From: Phycisphaerae bacterium
GTDB taxonomy: Bacteria > Planctomycetota > Phycisphaerae > WQYP01
Length of the DNA stretch: 64,000 bases
Reading direction: 5' to 3'
NCBI GenBank assembly: GCA_035545015.1
Contig: DASZZD010000032.1
Coordinates: 1 to 64,000 of the forward strand
The notes under the pieces: model-generated
Databases searched by the model: none
Told to the model about the DNA's origin: nothing
The model's input: the letters and a program-made list of their open reading frames with translations, nothing else
Translations under genes and position numbers: made by a program
Shown: positions 46,203-56,539 of the stretch, piece after piece
How the letters are laid out: every line of letters starts with the position of its first letter
How positions within the stretch are numbered: position 1 is the stretch's first letter

Positions 46203-48308
46203 ATGACGTATCGCATCTCCTGTGCCGGGCGTGGTCGCATGGTGCTGTCGCTGATGCTTTCCGGAGCGGTGACGGCGGCGTGCGCGGGACTCTGGGGGTG
46301 CACGTCGGCGCTGTCGGACAACGATACCGTGGGCTCGGCCCAGGCCACCGACGTGATCATCGCCCGGGCGATCGCCCAGGGGAACTACCGCGGCGAGGGC
46401 GGAACCTTTCCGACCATCCCCGGAGCGCTCGAACAATTGCCGCCGGAACCCATGGCGCGGGTCGATAGCCCCGGCCCCGGCCCGGTCGTCACGCTCGACA
46501 ACGGCCAGGACGCGCTGGCGGCCGATGCGGCCCAGGAGCGCCGGCTGCTGGCGCAGGAAACTGGCGGCGGCACGGCGGCGGTCGTGCCGGTGGACGCGAA
46601 CGCGGCCACACAGCCCGCCCCGGGCACGGCCGGCGCGCCGGTCCTCCCCACCGCCCCGGCGGGCAGTTCCACACCCCAGCAGCCCAACGGCGCGAGCCTC
46701 GCCACTTCCGGCGCCGTGACGACCGAGCCCCTGGGAGCCGCGGATGCGCAAATCGACTCCGTCGGCCTGGCCGCCGCCGAGCTTAACGAGGCCGAGCCCC
46801 AGTTTAATCTGTCCCTTCAGGATGCGATCGCTCGCGCCATGCGCAACAGCCTCGACGTGCGTGTGGACAGCTATAACCCCGGCATCAAGGAATCCCAGAT
46901 CGTCCAGGCCGAGGCCGCATTCGATCCGGTCGTCTTCGGGCAATCGCAGTGGTCCAATATCGACGAACCCCTCATCGAATCGGGGTTCGTCCTCAACGGA
47001 CAGAACTTTGACAACCAGATCGGCATCAAACGCCTGCTGCCCACGGGCGCCACGGTGCAGGCGGCCTTTGACAGCACCTACCGCGACATTTACAACGGCT
47101 TCGGCAGCATCGCCCCCGACCTGAAGACCTCCTACACCACCAGCGTGAACCTCCAGGTGACCCAGCCGCTCTTCCGTGGATTCGGCGCGGATGTGAACCT
47201 CGCCAACATTTACCTGGCGCAGCGCGATCGCCGCATCGCCCTCGAAACCTTCCGCAGAACCGTCATCACCGAAGTGGCCAATGTCGAGGAGGCATACCAC
47301 AACCTGGTGCTGGCAAAAGCGTCGGTGGAAATCCAGCAGCGCCTGCTGGCCGCCTCCGAGTCAACCTATGCCCGCGTCGAAGCCCGCAGGAACATCGATG
47401 CCGATGCCATCGCCCTCAGCCAGTCCCGGGCCGCGGTGGAAGAACGCCGGGCGGAACTGATCGCCGCCTTCGCCCAGTTGCGCAGCCAGTCGGACCGCTT
47501 GAAGAATCTGCTCAACGACCCCGAGCTGAACCTCGAGGGAAATACCCTGATCAATCCAACCGACCGGCCGACCGCGGAGCCCATCGTGTTTTCGGCCGCC
47601 GATGCGATCGCCACCGCCCTGCAGCACCGCACCGAGGTCCAGGAAGCCCGTCTTCAGATCGAGAAGGCCGACATTGTCGTGCGCGTGGCGAAGAACGACC
47701 TGCTGCCCAAGGTGGATTTCACCGGCTCGGTGCAGACCACCGGCCTGGGCAAGGGGTTCGACAACGCGTTTACCTCCGAGTTCAACCCCTTCGGGCAGTT
47801 CCTCGACTTCCGCGCCGGCGTGCAGATGCAATTTGCCCTGGGCGACCGGCAGGGTGAAGGGGAACTGGTCCAGCGGAAACTGGAACGCCAGCAGGCGATC
47901 ACGCAACTTGTGCGCGTGGCGCAGACCGTGGTGCTGGATGTGAAATTGCAGCTTCGCGACATGCTCTCGAGCTACCAGCAGATTCTGATGCGTGAACGGG
48001 CGCGCGTGGCGGCGGCGCGGGAGCTTCAGGCCATCACGCAGAAGGAACTCATCGTGGCCCTCACGCCGGAGTTCCTGCAGCTCAAGCTCGACGCCCAGTC
48101 CCAGCTTGCCCAGGCGGAACAGAACCTCGTGCAGGCGATGGTGAATTACAACCTCGCGATCATGCGGCTCGAACAGGCCAAGGGAACCCTCCTGGAGTTC
48201 GACCGGATTTCCCTCGATCGGGCCCCGATCACGCGGCAGGGCGAGGATGTCGGCAAAATTCGCTTTATGGGCGAGACCTACACGCTTGGCGGCGACAACA
48301 AGAAGTGA
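46203..48308 (+). CDS. TolC-like outer membrane efflux protein (OMF family)
   Basis: Signal/lipoprotein-like N-terminus, an about 150 aa low-complexity linker, then two OEP repeats. Confidence 0.8.
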   Translation: MTYRISCAGRGRMVLSLMLSGAVTAACAGLWGCTSALSDNDTVGSAQATDVIIARAIAQGNYRGEGGTFPTIPGALEQLPPEPMARVDSPGPGPVVTLDNGQDALAADAAQERRLLAQETGGGTAAVVPVDANAATQPAPGTAGAPVLPTAPAGSSTPQQPNGASLATSGAVTTEPLGAADAQIDSVGLAAAELNEAEPQFNLSLQDAIARAMRNSLDVRVDSYNPGIKESQIVQAEAAFDPVVFGQSQWSNIDEPLIESGFVLNGQNFDNQIGIKRLLPTGATVQAAFDSTYRDIYNGFGSIAPDLKTSYTTSVNLQVTQPLFRGFGADVNLANIYLAQRDRRIALETFRRTVITEVANVEEAYHNLVLAKASVEIQQRLLAASESTYARVEARRNIDADAIALSQSRAAVEERRAELIAAFAQLRSQSDRLKNLLNDPELNLEGNTLINPTDRPTAEPIVFSAADAIATALQHRTEVQEARLQIEKADIVVRVAKNDLLPKVDFTGSVQTTGLGKGFDNAFTSEFNPFGQFLDFRAGVQMQFALGDRQGEGELVQRKLERQQAITQLVRVAQTVVLDVKLQLRDMLSSYQQILMRERARVAAARELQAITQKELIVALTPEFLQLKLDAQSQLAQAEQNLVQAMVNYNLAIMRLEQAKGTLLEFDRISLDRAPITRQGEDVGKIRFMGETYTLGGDNKK

Positions 48309-48371
48309 GGCCATTTGCAATGCCGAGCCGATTTTCATACAATGTGCGGCTCGATTTGAAGGGAGTGCGTC

Positions 48372-48644
48372 ATGCCTCATGAATGTGTCTATACCGGCCG
48401 GCGGACGAAGATCGGGCGTCAGTGCACGTACCGCGGCAAGGCGAAATATCTGGGCGGCGTCGGCATCAAGATCACCGGCCGCTCGGCGCGGAAGTTCAAG
48501 CCCAACCTTCAGAAGGTTCGGGTGATCATTGACGGCAAACCCCAGCGCGTGTGGGCGTCGGCCAAGGCGCTGCGTTCGGGGCTGGTGGTCAAACGGTTGA
48601 AGCGCTCGCAGGTGTACAAGGCGCCGGCGAAGGCGGAAGCTTGA
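48372..48644 (+). CDS. rpmB: 50S ribosomal protein L28
   Basis: CxYTGRRT..G..TYRGKAKYLGGVGIKITGRSARKFKPNLQKVRV pattern of bL28. GGGAG SD 7 nt upstream. Small hairpin upstream. Confidence 0.85.
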   Translation: MPHECVYTGRRTKIGRQCTYRGKAKYLGGVGIKITGRSARKFKPNLQKVRVIIDGKPQRVWASAKALRSGLVVKRLKRSQVYKAPAKAEA

Positions 48645-48733
48645 GTCGCGCCCGCGCGGCGCCGGACCGCCGGGCCGCTCGATTGGGCCGCGGCCGCACA
48701 CCACCGCCGTTGACCAACGATGCAAGGTAACGT

Positions 48734-48762
48734 AAAAACGAGGCGCACGGCCTCGTTTTTTC
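48734..48762 (+). terminator. rho-independent terminator downstream of rpmB
   Basis: aaaaaCGAGGCgcacgGCCTCGtttttt. Confidence 0.7.
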
Positions 48763-48830
48763 TTGCGCGGGCCCGGGCCCCCCACCGCCGTGCGGCGGCT
48801 CGCAAGGCGGGCAAGTTTGCAGAGGACGCG

Positions 48831-49151
48831 ATGGCTGACGGAACCGAAAAACTGGACGAGGCCCAGGTGCGGCACGTGGCGAAACTCGCGCGGCTGAAGC
48901 TGACCGATGCGGATGTGGGGCGCTACGCCACGCAGTTGACGGCCATCCTCGACTATGTAGCGCAGCTCAAGGCCGTGGATGTCACGGGCGCCGAGCCGAT
49001 GGCCCATCCTTTGCCGCTGAAAAATGTCCTGCGCGAGGATGTGGTGCGGCCGGGACTCTCGACGGACGAGGTGCTGGCGAACGCCCCGGCGCGCGAGGGA
49101 CCCTATTTCGCCGTGCCCAAGGTCCTCGATACAGGCATGGGCGGCGGATGA
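48831..49151 (+). CDS. gatC: Asp-tRNA(Asn)/Glu-tRNA(Gln) amidotransferase subunit C
   Basis: MADGTEKLDEAQVRHVAKLARLKLTDADVGRYATQLTAILDYVAQLKAVDVTG. Internal ATG of the longer ORF. Confidence 0.85.
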   Translation: MADGTEKLDEAQVRHVAKLARLKLTDADVGRYATQLTAILDYVAQLKAVDVTGAEPMAHPLPLKNVLREDVVRPGLSTDEVLANAPAREGPYFAVPKVLDTGMGGG

Positions 49152-49186
49152 ACATGACCGGGAACGACCGGAAGAGAGAGCGCGGT

Positions 49187-49828
49187 ATGGCCAGTTTACT
49201 GAGAATGACGATGGCGGCGGTGGCGGCGGCACTGGGCGCGGGGGCGTGCCTCACAGGGTGCCGGTCGGGCAGTCCGCTGGATCACAGCTATGCGCCCGCG
49301 CGTGCCAATCTGCCGGACCAGGCATTGCCAAACGTGGCGCCCGCCCCGCCGGTGAACGTGGTGAATCCCGAGCCGACCTCCACGGCGCCCGCGCCGCAGG
49401 TGCAGCCGCAGATCACCGGGACGTGGACCTTCACCGTCCCGCCCACCGTGACGCGCGTCATGAAAAAGACGGCGAACCTGATGCAGTATTCGCTCTATGC
49501 CGGGCGTCCGGCGGCCAATGACACGCCGATCGTGGTGATCACCGTGGGCTCGCCCGAGGATGCGACCGCGACCAGCATCGCCGAGGCCGATCCGGCGACC
49601 TACAAAATCACCGGCCAGCGCGGCTATGTGCTCAACGGCAACATCGCGCACGAATGGACCGGCACGACCAGCACCGGCTCGGCGTTCTCGGAATTGGTGC
49701 TCACCCGGCCCGGCGCCGCCGAGACCAGCGACGTCTGCCATGCGATGGCCACGGCGCGCAATGCCGCCGAGCGCGCCGAGGCGCTGGCCATTCTCAAGAG
49801 CATCACCTGGACGCCCGCGACGCCGTGA
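49187..49828 (+). CDS. hypothetical lipoprotein inserted between gatC and gatA
   Basis: MASLLRMTMAAVAAALGAGACLTGC lipobox. No other motif. Confidence 0.45.
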   Translation: MASLLRMTMAAVAAALGAGACLTGCRSGSPLDHSYAPARANLPDQALPNVAPAPPVNVVNPEPTSTAPAPQVQPQITGTWTFTVPPTVTRVMKKTANLMQYSLYAGRPAANDTPIVVITVGSPEDATATSIAEADPATYKITGQRGYVLNGNIAHEWTGTTSTGSAFSELVLTRPGAAETSDVCHAMATARNAAERAEALAILKSITWTPATP

Positions 49829-49892
49829 CCGCGGGCCTGTGCGGGGGCGATGTGCGGGGACGCCGAACCTCCTTGGAGTATGGGAAGCACGC

Positions 49893-51365
49893 ATGAGCAC
49901 GCTGTCGTCATTCACGGCCCGGGAACTTCGGGACGCCATCGCGGGCGGGACAGTATCGAGCACCGAGGCCACGCGCTGGGCGCTCGCGGCCATCGAGCGG
50001 CTGAATCCGCAATTGCACGCCTACAACTCCGTGCATGCCGACCGCGCGCTCCAGCGGGCGGCGGCCGCGGACAAGGCGCGGGCCGACGGCAAAAGAGACG
50101 GGCTGCTCGCAGGCGTGCCCATCTCGATCAAAGACAACATGTGCACGCCCTATGGCACGACGACCTGCTCGTCGAAAATGCTGGAGAACTTCCGGGCGCC
50201 TTATGCGGCGACCGTCGTGGAGAAACTCGAAGCCGCGGGGGCGGTGATCCTCGGCAAGACCAACCTCGATGAATTCGCCATGGGTAGCTCGACGGAAAAC
50301 TCCGCGTTCGGCCCGTCGAAAAATCCGTGGGACCCGGCATGCGTGCCGGGGGGATCCAGCGGCGGCGCGGCGGCGGCGTGCGCGGCGAGGCTGGGGTTCG
50401 GGGGATTGGGATCGGACACCGGGGGCTCCATCCGCCAGCCCGCGGCGCTCTGCGGCATCGTGGGGCTGAAGCCGACCTACGGCCTCGTGAGCCGCTATGG
50501 CCTGGTGGCATTCGCCAGTTCGCTCGATCAGATCGGCCCGATGACGCTCTCGGTGGAAGACGCGGCGCTGTTCCTGCAAGTGATCGCCGGGCACGACGAG
50601 AAGGATTCCACGAGCTGGCCTGAGGCAGTGCCCGATTATCTCGGCGAGCTCGACGTGCCGGTGAAGGGGCTGCGGATCGGCCTGCCGAAGGAATACTTTG
50701 ATGTCCAAGGCATGGAGCCGGAGGTCAAGGCGGCCGTCGAAAAGGCCGTCGGCTGGTACAAAGAGCAGGGCGCGACGCTGGTGGATATTTCGCTGCCCTA
50801 TACGCAGTACGGCATCGCGGCCTATTACATCATCGCGCCGGCGGAGGCCAGCTCCAACCTGGCACGCTACGACGGCGTCCACTACGGCCACCGCACCGCA
50901 CGGCCCGAGGACCTGATCGATTTGTATGCGGCTTCACGCGGCGAAGGGTTCGGCCCCGAGGTCAAACGCCGCATCATGCTGGGAACCTACGCGCTCTCGG
51001 CCGGATACGCGGACAAGTTCTATCTCCAGGCGCTCAAGGTGCGGGCGCTCATTAAAAAGGATTTCGATCAGGCGTTCGAGAAGTGCGAGGTCATCGCAGG
51101 ACCGACGAGCCCGACGGCGGCGTTCCGCTTTGGTTCCAAGACCGACGATCCGCTGGCGATGTACCTGTGCGATGTGTTCACGGTGACCTGCAACATCGCG
51201 GGAATCGCGGGGCTGTCGCTGCCGTGCGGGTTCTCCAGCGCGGGGCTGCCCATCGGTTTGCAATTGCTGGGGCCCACCTTCAGCGAAAAAACGCTGCTGC
51301 GCGTGGGCCGGCACTACGAAAAGTCGCACGAGTGGACCAAGCGCCGGCCGGCGCTGTGCGCGTGA
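49893..51365 (+). CDS. gatA: Glu-tRNA(Gln) amidotransferase subunit A
   Basis: Amidase signature GGSSGGAAAACAARLG..GSDTGGSIRQPAALCG. Internal ATG 49893 (MSTLSSFTARELRD). Confidence 0.92.
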   Translation: MSTLSSFTARELRDAIAGGTVSSTEATRWALAAIERLNPQLHAYNSVHADRALQRAAAADKARADGKRDGLLAGVPISIKDNMCTPYGTTTCSSKMLENFRAPYAATVVEKLEAAGAVILGKTNLDEFAMGSSTENSAFGPSKNPWDPACVPGGSSGGAAAACAARLGFGGLGSDTGGSIRQPAALCGIVGLKPTYGLVSRYGLVAFASSLDQIGPMTLSVEDAALFLQVIAGHDEKDSTSWPEAVPDYLGELDVPVKGLRIGLPKEYFDVQGMEPEVKAAVEKAVGWYKEQGATLVDISLPYTQYGIAAYYIIAPAEASSNLARYDGVHYGHRTARPEDLIDLYAASRGEGFGPEVKRRIMLGTYALSAGYADKFYLQALKVRALIKKDFDQAFEKCEVIAGPTSPTAAFRFGSKTDDPLAMYLCDVFTVTCNIAGIAGLSLPCGFSSAGLPIGLQLLGPTFSEKTLLRVGRHYEKSHEWTKRRPALCA

Positions 51366-51377
51366 GGCGGCCTTCGT

Positions 51378-52211
51378 TCAACGCCGTCCCCACCGCCGGC
51401 GAAGCGCGTGCGGCAGCAGGCGGCAAATGGCGAAGGGAATGTCCTCCAGCAGGTACCGCCGCGCCAGCCGGGACGGTTCCTGTATCAGGCGGTGCAGCCA
51501 CTCCAACCCGATCGCCTGCACCCAGCGCGGCGCCCGCTTCACATGCCCCGCGATGAACGAAAGCGAAATCCCCACTCCCAGAAACGCCGCCCGCGGCAAG
51601 AGCGGCCGCAACCGCTGTATCAGAAATTCCTGCTTCGGAAAACCCAGCGCCACGTACACAATGTCCGGCTTGGCGGCGACCAGCTTTGCCTCCACCGCGG
51701 CCATCTGCCCGGAATCCTTCTCAAATCCCAGCGGCGGACAATCCGTCCCCGCGATCTGCAACGCCGGAAAGCGCCGCCTCAATTTCGCACCCGCCGCATC
51801 CGCCGCCCCGGGACTCCCTCCCAGCAGATACAACCGCCACCCCCGCTGCGCCGCTTCTCGCGCCAGCGAATACACCAGCCCCGATCCCGGCACGCGCTCC
51901 GGCAGGCCCTTGCGCCCACGACCGATCCGCGCCATCCGGCTCGCCCAGATCACCGGCATCCCGTCCGCTAGAAACACATCCGCCGCATCCGGACCCTCGA
52001 ACAGCGAACGAATCGCCGGCTTCGCATGATATTGCCGCAAAATGTCGAGGTTTGGCGTAATGACCCACGCCCCCTGCCCGCGCGACAGCCGCCGCGTCAA
52101 CAGTTCCAGCGCCTGCCGCTCCGTCACCGCGTCGATGGGCATGCCCAACAGCTCGACGCGCTCCGGTGCATCGGACACCAGTTCGGGAATCGGTGAGACG
52201 ACGGCAGTCAT
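51378..52211 (-). CDS. WecB/TagA/CpsF-family glycosyltransferase
   Basis: 277 aa, MPIDAVTERQALELL..GAWVITPNLDIL..DADVFLADGMPVIWASR.. family pattern. Confidence 0.75.
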   Translation of the reverse strand: MTAVVSPIPELVSDAPERVELLGMPIDAVTERQALELLTRRLSRGQGAWVITPNLDILRQYHAKPAIRSLFEGPDAADVFLADGMPVIWASRMARIGRGRKGLPERVPGSGLVYSLAREAAQRGWRLYLLGGSPGAADAAGAKLRRRFPALQIAGTDCPPLGFEKDSGQMAAVEAKLVAAKPDIVYVALGFPKQEFLIQRLRPLLPRAAFLGVGISLSFIAGHVKRAPRWVQAIGLEWLHRLIQEPSRLARRYLLEDIPFAICRLLPHALRRRWGRR

Positions 52212-53458
52212 GGTTCCCCTTGGCGGGCAATGCTGCGCGGCGTGCGGTCCCATGTCTTGGCCCCGCGGCCGGTCAGCATCCGCCCATAAAGCGCCAGCTT
52301 CCACAGAACAAACCGCGGCATGCCGACAACAAGAGTTACGGCCGCGAACGGTCCTGCGATTTGTGACGCCCCAAGGATCACATAGGTTACGAACAGACCA
52401 AGAGTTGCAAGCAGCGGCACAAACGCCCACCCGGGCATCAGCCCCGCGATCGTCAGCACTCCCGCACCAACCGCCAGCACGAGCCAGCCGCACACCGCCA
52501 TCGCCACCGGGGGCGACGACCAGTCCACCAGCGCCAGCGTGGCGCGAACACGTCCACGCGACAGCAGTCGCACCAGCATCCCCGGCAACCGGCCCCACGT
52601 CTGCACCTGCCCCGTCTCCCACCGCAGTTTCTGCGTCGACATCGCCCCGCGATCCCCTGGCAGCGGCGAGCGCACGATCGCCTCCGCCACAAACACAGGG
52701 TTGATCCCCGCCAGCAGCAGATCGTGCGAGATCTTCAGGTCCTCCGTGAGATGATCCGCGAAAGAAATGCGCTCCAGCACATCGCCACGAAAGCACATGC
52801 CCGTCCCAAAAAGCTGCGTCGGCACGCCCAGCCGCGCCATGCCCTTGGGGCGAATCATATTCTTCAATGCGAACGCAATCATCGCCGGAGTGTGCAAACG
52901 CTCGGCGTCCCTCTCCTGCCCGGGATCGAGAATGTACGCCGCCTGCGCCACCGTGTGGCCCGCGTCCAGCGCGTCGCCCAGCGCCTCGAGAAGATTCGCC
53001 GACACCGTGCAATCGGCGTCGAGAATCAGCACCGCACGATCGGCGGAGCGCGCACCGAGCAGCGCCAGCCCATCGCGCAGCGCTGCGGGCTTCCCGCGCG
53101 GACCGCTCCCCCGTTCGAGCACTTCCGCGCCGCCGAGCCGCGCCAGCGCGGCGGTCTGATCGCTGCAATGATCGGCCACCACCAGCATCCGCCCGCGCCG
53201 CCGCGCTCCCGCCGCCGTCTGCCCGGCCAGCGATTCAAGCAACCGCGGCAGCAGCAGTTCCTCATCATGCGCCGGTATCAGAATGTCGATCATCCCGCGC
53301 CACCCCTCCGCTTCCCGCCCTCCGCCGCGCGCCGCGCGCCGCCGCCCTCCCGGCACAAGCGCCAGCACCGCAAAAATCGCCCACAATCCCCAGCACACCG
53401 CCAGCGGCGCCAGCAAGACGCACAACCCGCTCACCAGCACCATCCGCGCCAGCATCAT
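52208..53458 (-). CDS. family 2 glycosyltransferase (membrane-anchored)
   Basis: IDILIPAHDEE..., DxD (ILDADC). N-terminal TM from ATG 53458. 4-nt overlaps on both sides. Confidence 0.75.
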   Translation of the reverse strand: MMLARMVLVSGLCVLLAPLAVCWGLWAIFAVLALVPGGRRRAARGGGREAEGWRGMIDILIPAHDEELLLPRLLESLAGQTAAGARRRGRMLVVADHCSDQTAALARLGGAEVLERGSGPRGKPAALRDGLALLGARSADRAVLILDADCTVSANLLEALGDALDAGHTVAQAAYILDPGQERDAERLHTPAMIAFALKNMIRPKGMARLGVPTQLFGTGMCFRGDVLERISFADHLTEDLKISHDLLLAGINPVFVAEAIVRSPLPGDRGAMSTQKLRWETGQVQTWGRLPGMLVRLLSRGRVRATLALVDWSSPPVAMAVCGWLVLAVGAGVLTIAGLMPGWAFVPLLATLGLFVTYVILGASQIAGPFAAVTLVVGMPRFVLWKLALYGRMLTGRGAKTWDRTPRSIARQGEP

Positions 53459-54771
53459 GAGGATCGCCCCTCCCCCCCCCCCACCACGGCCGGCGCCGCT
53501 GCCCGGGGCATCGGCGGCGCTGGTGACGCCAGCGCCGGACGCTGCGTCGCCGGCTCCAGCAGCGAGCGAAAAATATCCGAAAGCTGCGGCGCCACACGAA
53601 AAATGTTGAACTCCAGCCGTATCTTCTCGCGCGCTCCCTCCACCATCCGTTCCGCCGCCGCCCGATTCGTCAACAAGCCCGCAATGCCGTCCGCCAGCAG
53701 GTCCGGCCGCCCCGGCGTGACCATCATCCCCGTCACCCCGCGCTCGATCAGCTCCGGAATCCCCGCGATGCGCGTCGCCACCACAGGACATCCCGAGGCC
53801 ATCGCCTCCATCAGCACCACCGGCACGCCCTCGGCAAAACTCGGCAGCACGAAAACATCCGCCATCGCGTAAAGCTGATGAATCTCATCCTGCCCCACGT
53901 TTCCCAGAAACCTCACCCGGTCCCCCATATGCAGTTCTTCCGCCATGTGCTCGAGATCGCCGCGGACAGGCCCATCGCCCGCCAGCGTCAGCCGCGCATC
54001 CATCCCGCGCTGCACAAGGTCATGAAGCGCGTGCAGAAGTATCGCGTGCCCCTTCACCGGCGCAAGCCGCGCCACGCACAGCAGCTCGATCGGCGCTCCC
54101 GCCACGCGCGCCGGCCGCGGCGCCGCGAATTGCGCGGGATCCACCCCGCAATGCACCACATGCAGCTTGTTCCATTCCGCCGGCGGCAGCAGGGCCATCA
54201 CCTGCGAACGCGCAAAATCGGAGATGCAGATCACCGCCGTCGCCGCCAGCGCCTTCTCCGCTAGCCGGTGCCCGGGAATGTCGAAGAACTCCGTCGGCCC
54301 GTGCATCGTGAACGAGAACGTCCCCGCGTTGAGCACCGACGCGATCATCGACACGTCCGAGGCCACGTTTGCAAAATGCGCGTGCAGATGACGCAGGTGC
54401 TGCCGCACGCACAGCCGATGCAGGATCAGCGCTTCCAGAAAGTAGAAAAATGCCCACAGCGTCCCCTTCATCCCGGGCCGGCGGAGACGCCACGCCGTTT
54501 TCCACGCACGAAAAAAACGCGCCGGCGATCCCACCAGCGTCGCAACGCCCGCCGTCACCACCCGGAACATCGCCAGCGGCCCGCGCGGCACCAGCACCCG
54601 CGTGCCCGTGGCCTCCGCGCGATCCGCTTCCGTCAACAGATCGCGCGCCGCCGCCGCACGCACCGACACCGTCATCACCTCCCACCCCAGCCGGCGCAGC
54701 CCCAGCACCTCCCGCAAAATGAACGTGTGCGAGACCGCGGGATAGCGGGAAACTACATAGCCAATGCGCAT
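53455..54771 (-). CDS. family 4 (GT-B) glycosyltransferase
   Basis: C-terminal EGVPVVLMEAMASGCPVVATRIAGIPELI motif of GT4/GT1. Confidence 0.85.
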   Translation of the reverse strand: MRIGYVVSRYPAVSHTFILREVLGLRRLGWEVMTVSVRAAAARDLLTEADRAEATGTRVLVPRGPLAMFRVVTAGVATLVGSPARFFRAWKTAWRLRRPGMKGTLWAFFYFLEALILHRLCVRQHLRHLHAHFANVASDVSMIASVLNAGTFSFTMHGPTEFFDIPGHRLAEKALAATAVICISDFARSQVMALLPPAEWNKLHVVHCGVDPAQFAAPRPARVAGAPIELLCVARLAPVKGHAILLHALHDLVQRGMDARLTLAGDGPVRGDLEHMAEELHMGDRVRFLGNVGQDEIHQLYAMADVFVLPSFAEGVPVVLMEAMASGCPVVATRIAGIPELIERGVTGMMVTPGRPDLLADGIAGLLTNRAAAERMVEGAREKIRLEFNIFRVAPQLSDIFRSLLEPATQRPALASPAPPMPRAAAPAVVGGGEGRSS

Positions 54772-54803
54772 GCTTTACACCGGGTCGGTCAAAGCGGAGC
54801 AAT

Positions 54804-55928
54804 TCATGAGGTATTACCCACGGGGGCCGTCGTCGGATGTCCGCCCGAGGACGCCGCCGGCTCGTCCCCGCCGGCGCGATTACCGGCCGCAGCGCCCTTG
54901 TACTCCATCAGCGCCGTCTGCCGCCCGCGCCACCGGTTCCGATAAAAAGTCATCATCCCCCAGAATTGCGGGAATTTCCCCAGCGTCGTGAACCCCCCGT
55001 AAGCGATCGCCGCCGCCCACCCGTCGTGCCGAATCCGGTGCCGCGTGATCTTTGCCCACAATGCCAGATACGCCACCGGCAGCAGCAACAACAACCACCG
55101 GCTTACGAAAATCGCGAGCAGCACGGCCACCGCCGGCGGACCCAGCGTCCACACCAGCGTCGACCGCCACTGCTTCCGATACAATCGCAAGGGCGATTTC
55201 CCATGCGTGTGATGAAGCTGCGCCAGCGCATGCCCGGAGCGCACCGTCCGACGCCACCATTGCCCCAGCTTTTTCATCCCCAGATCGTGCAGCGTCATCT
55301 CGTGATTCAGACGCATGATCCTGCACCCCGCCAGCCGCATGCGCGCGGCAAATTCAGGCTCCTCGCCCGCGATGAAGTCCGCCGCATAGCCCCCCAGCTT
55401 GCGAAATACCGCCGCCCGAATCATCGCATCGCCGCCGAATTCCGTCGCGTGCCCCACAGGCGTGTCCCATTCCATGTCCGCCAGCAGGTTATACACCGTG
55501 GCATCCGGAAAACGCTCCCGCCGCCGACCACACACCACCGCGATGTTCGCATGATGGTCCAGGTAGCTCGCCGCGTGCTGCAGCCAAGTCGGAATCAGCT
55601 CCGTGTCGCCGTCGACAAACTGGATGTAGGCGATGTCGGGAAAGCGCGCCAGAAGCGTCTCCGCGCCCGCATTCCGCGCGCGGGCGGCCGTGAAGGGCTG
55701 CGCCGGATCCAGTTCCACCACCTCCGCCCCGCCGCTCTTCGCCAGCGCCATCGAATCGTCCGTGCTGTTCGAATCCACATACACCACCGGTATCGACCCC
55801 GCCATTTTCCCCGCCGCCTCCTCCCCCGGCGCCGCCTCGAAGCCCTGGCTCTTGCGCACCGACGCAAGGCAAGTCGCCAGCCGCCCGCCCTCGTTCCGCC
55901 CGATGATCACCACTCCCACCGAGCTCAT
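54804..55928 (-). CDS. family 2 glycosyltransferase
   Basis: VVIIGRNEGGRLATCLASV...VDSNSTDDS...DGDTEL. Confidence 0.8.
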   Translation of the reverse strand: MSSVGVVIIGRNEGGRLATCLASVRKSQGFEAAPGEEAAGKMAGSIPVVYVDSNSTDDSMALAKSGGAEVVELDPAQPFTAARARNAGAETLLARFPDIAYIQFVDGDTELIPTWLQHAASYLDHHANIAVVCGRRRERFPDATVYNLLADMEWDTPVGHATEFGGDAMIRAAVFRKLGGYAADFIAGEEPEFAARMRLAGCRIMRLNHEMTLHDLGMKKLGQWWRRTVRSGHALAQLHHTHGKSPLRLYRKQWRSTLVWTLGPPAVAVLLAIFVSRWLLLLLPVAYLALWAKITRHRIRHDGWAAAIAYGGFTTLGKFPQFWGMMTFYRNRWRGRQTALMEYKGAAAGNRAGGDEPAASSGGHPTTAPVGNTS

Positions 55929-56539
55929 GCCGCACCTTGAGACGCCGAAGGAACCTTGATCTGCGCGGGAATCCCCACCGCCACCGCCCCCGCCGGTACA
56001 TCCGTCAGCACCACCGCGTTCGCGCCCACCGCCGCCCCATCGCCGATCTGCACCTTCCCCAGAATCTTCGCACCCGCCCCCACATTCACGCCCCGCCCCA
56101 GGATCGGCGCATCAAACGGCCTTTCCAGCGTGCGGTTCCCCAGCGTGCATCCCTGCCGAATGATGCAGTCGTCCCCGATCACGCAGTTGCCGTGGATCAC
56201 GATGCATGATTGATGCTCGATCACCACCCGCCGGCCCACACGCGCGGAATACGGAAGCTCGATCCCATACCGGTTGCGCACCCGCCGATACATCGCGCGG
56301 TAAAGAATCGAGAACGGCGCCCGCAGCAGCTTGGGCCCAATGCCCATCCGCCACACACCAAAGCGATACACCGCTACCGCTCGGAACCCCGGCCGCGTCC
56401 AATCCCGCCCATGCGCGATGTAATCCTCGCGAATCAGCGCCCCAAGCGACGGCCGTTTTTCGGCAAGCGCGGCATCCGCAACGCCCGCAGCCGCGGCAGG
56501 CTCAGGCGCATTGGAAGGATTGGCCGGCGTCACCGTCAT
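55925..56539 (-). CDS. hexapeptide-repeat acetyltransferase (serine O-acetyltransferase/WcaB-like)
   Basis: Left-handed beta-helix repeats VVIEHQSCIVIHGNCVIGDDCIIRQGCTLG...GVNVGAGAKILGKVQIGDGAAVGANAVV. Confidence 0.8.
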   Translation of the reverse strand: MTVTPANPSNAPEPAAAAGVADAALAEKRPSLGALIREDYIAHGRDWTRPGFRAVAVYRFGVWRMGIGPKLLRAPFSILYRAMYRRVRNRYGIELPYSARVGRRVVIEHQSCIVIHGNCVIGDDCIIRQGCTLGNRTLERPFDAPILGRGVNVGAGAKILGKVQIGDGAAVGANAVVLTDVPAGAVAVGIPAQIKVPSASQGAA

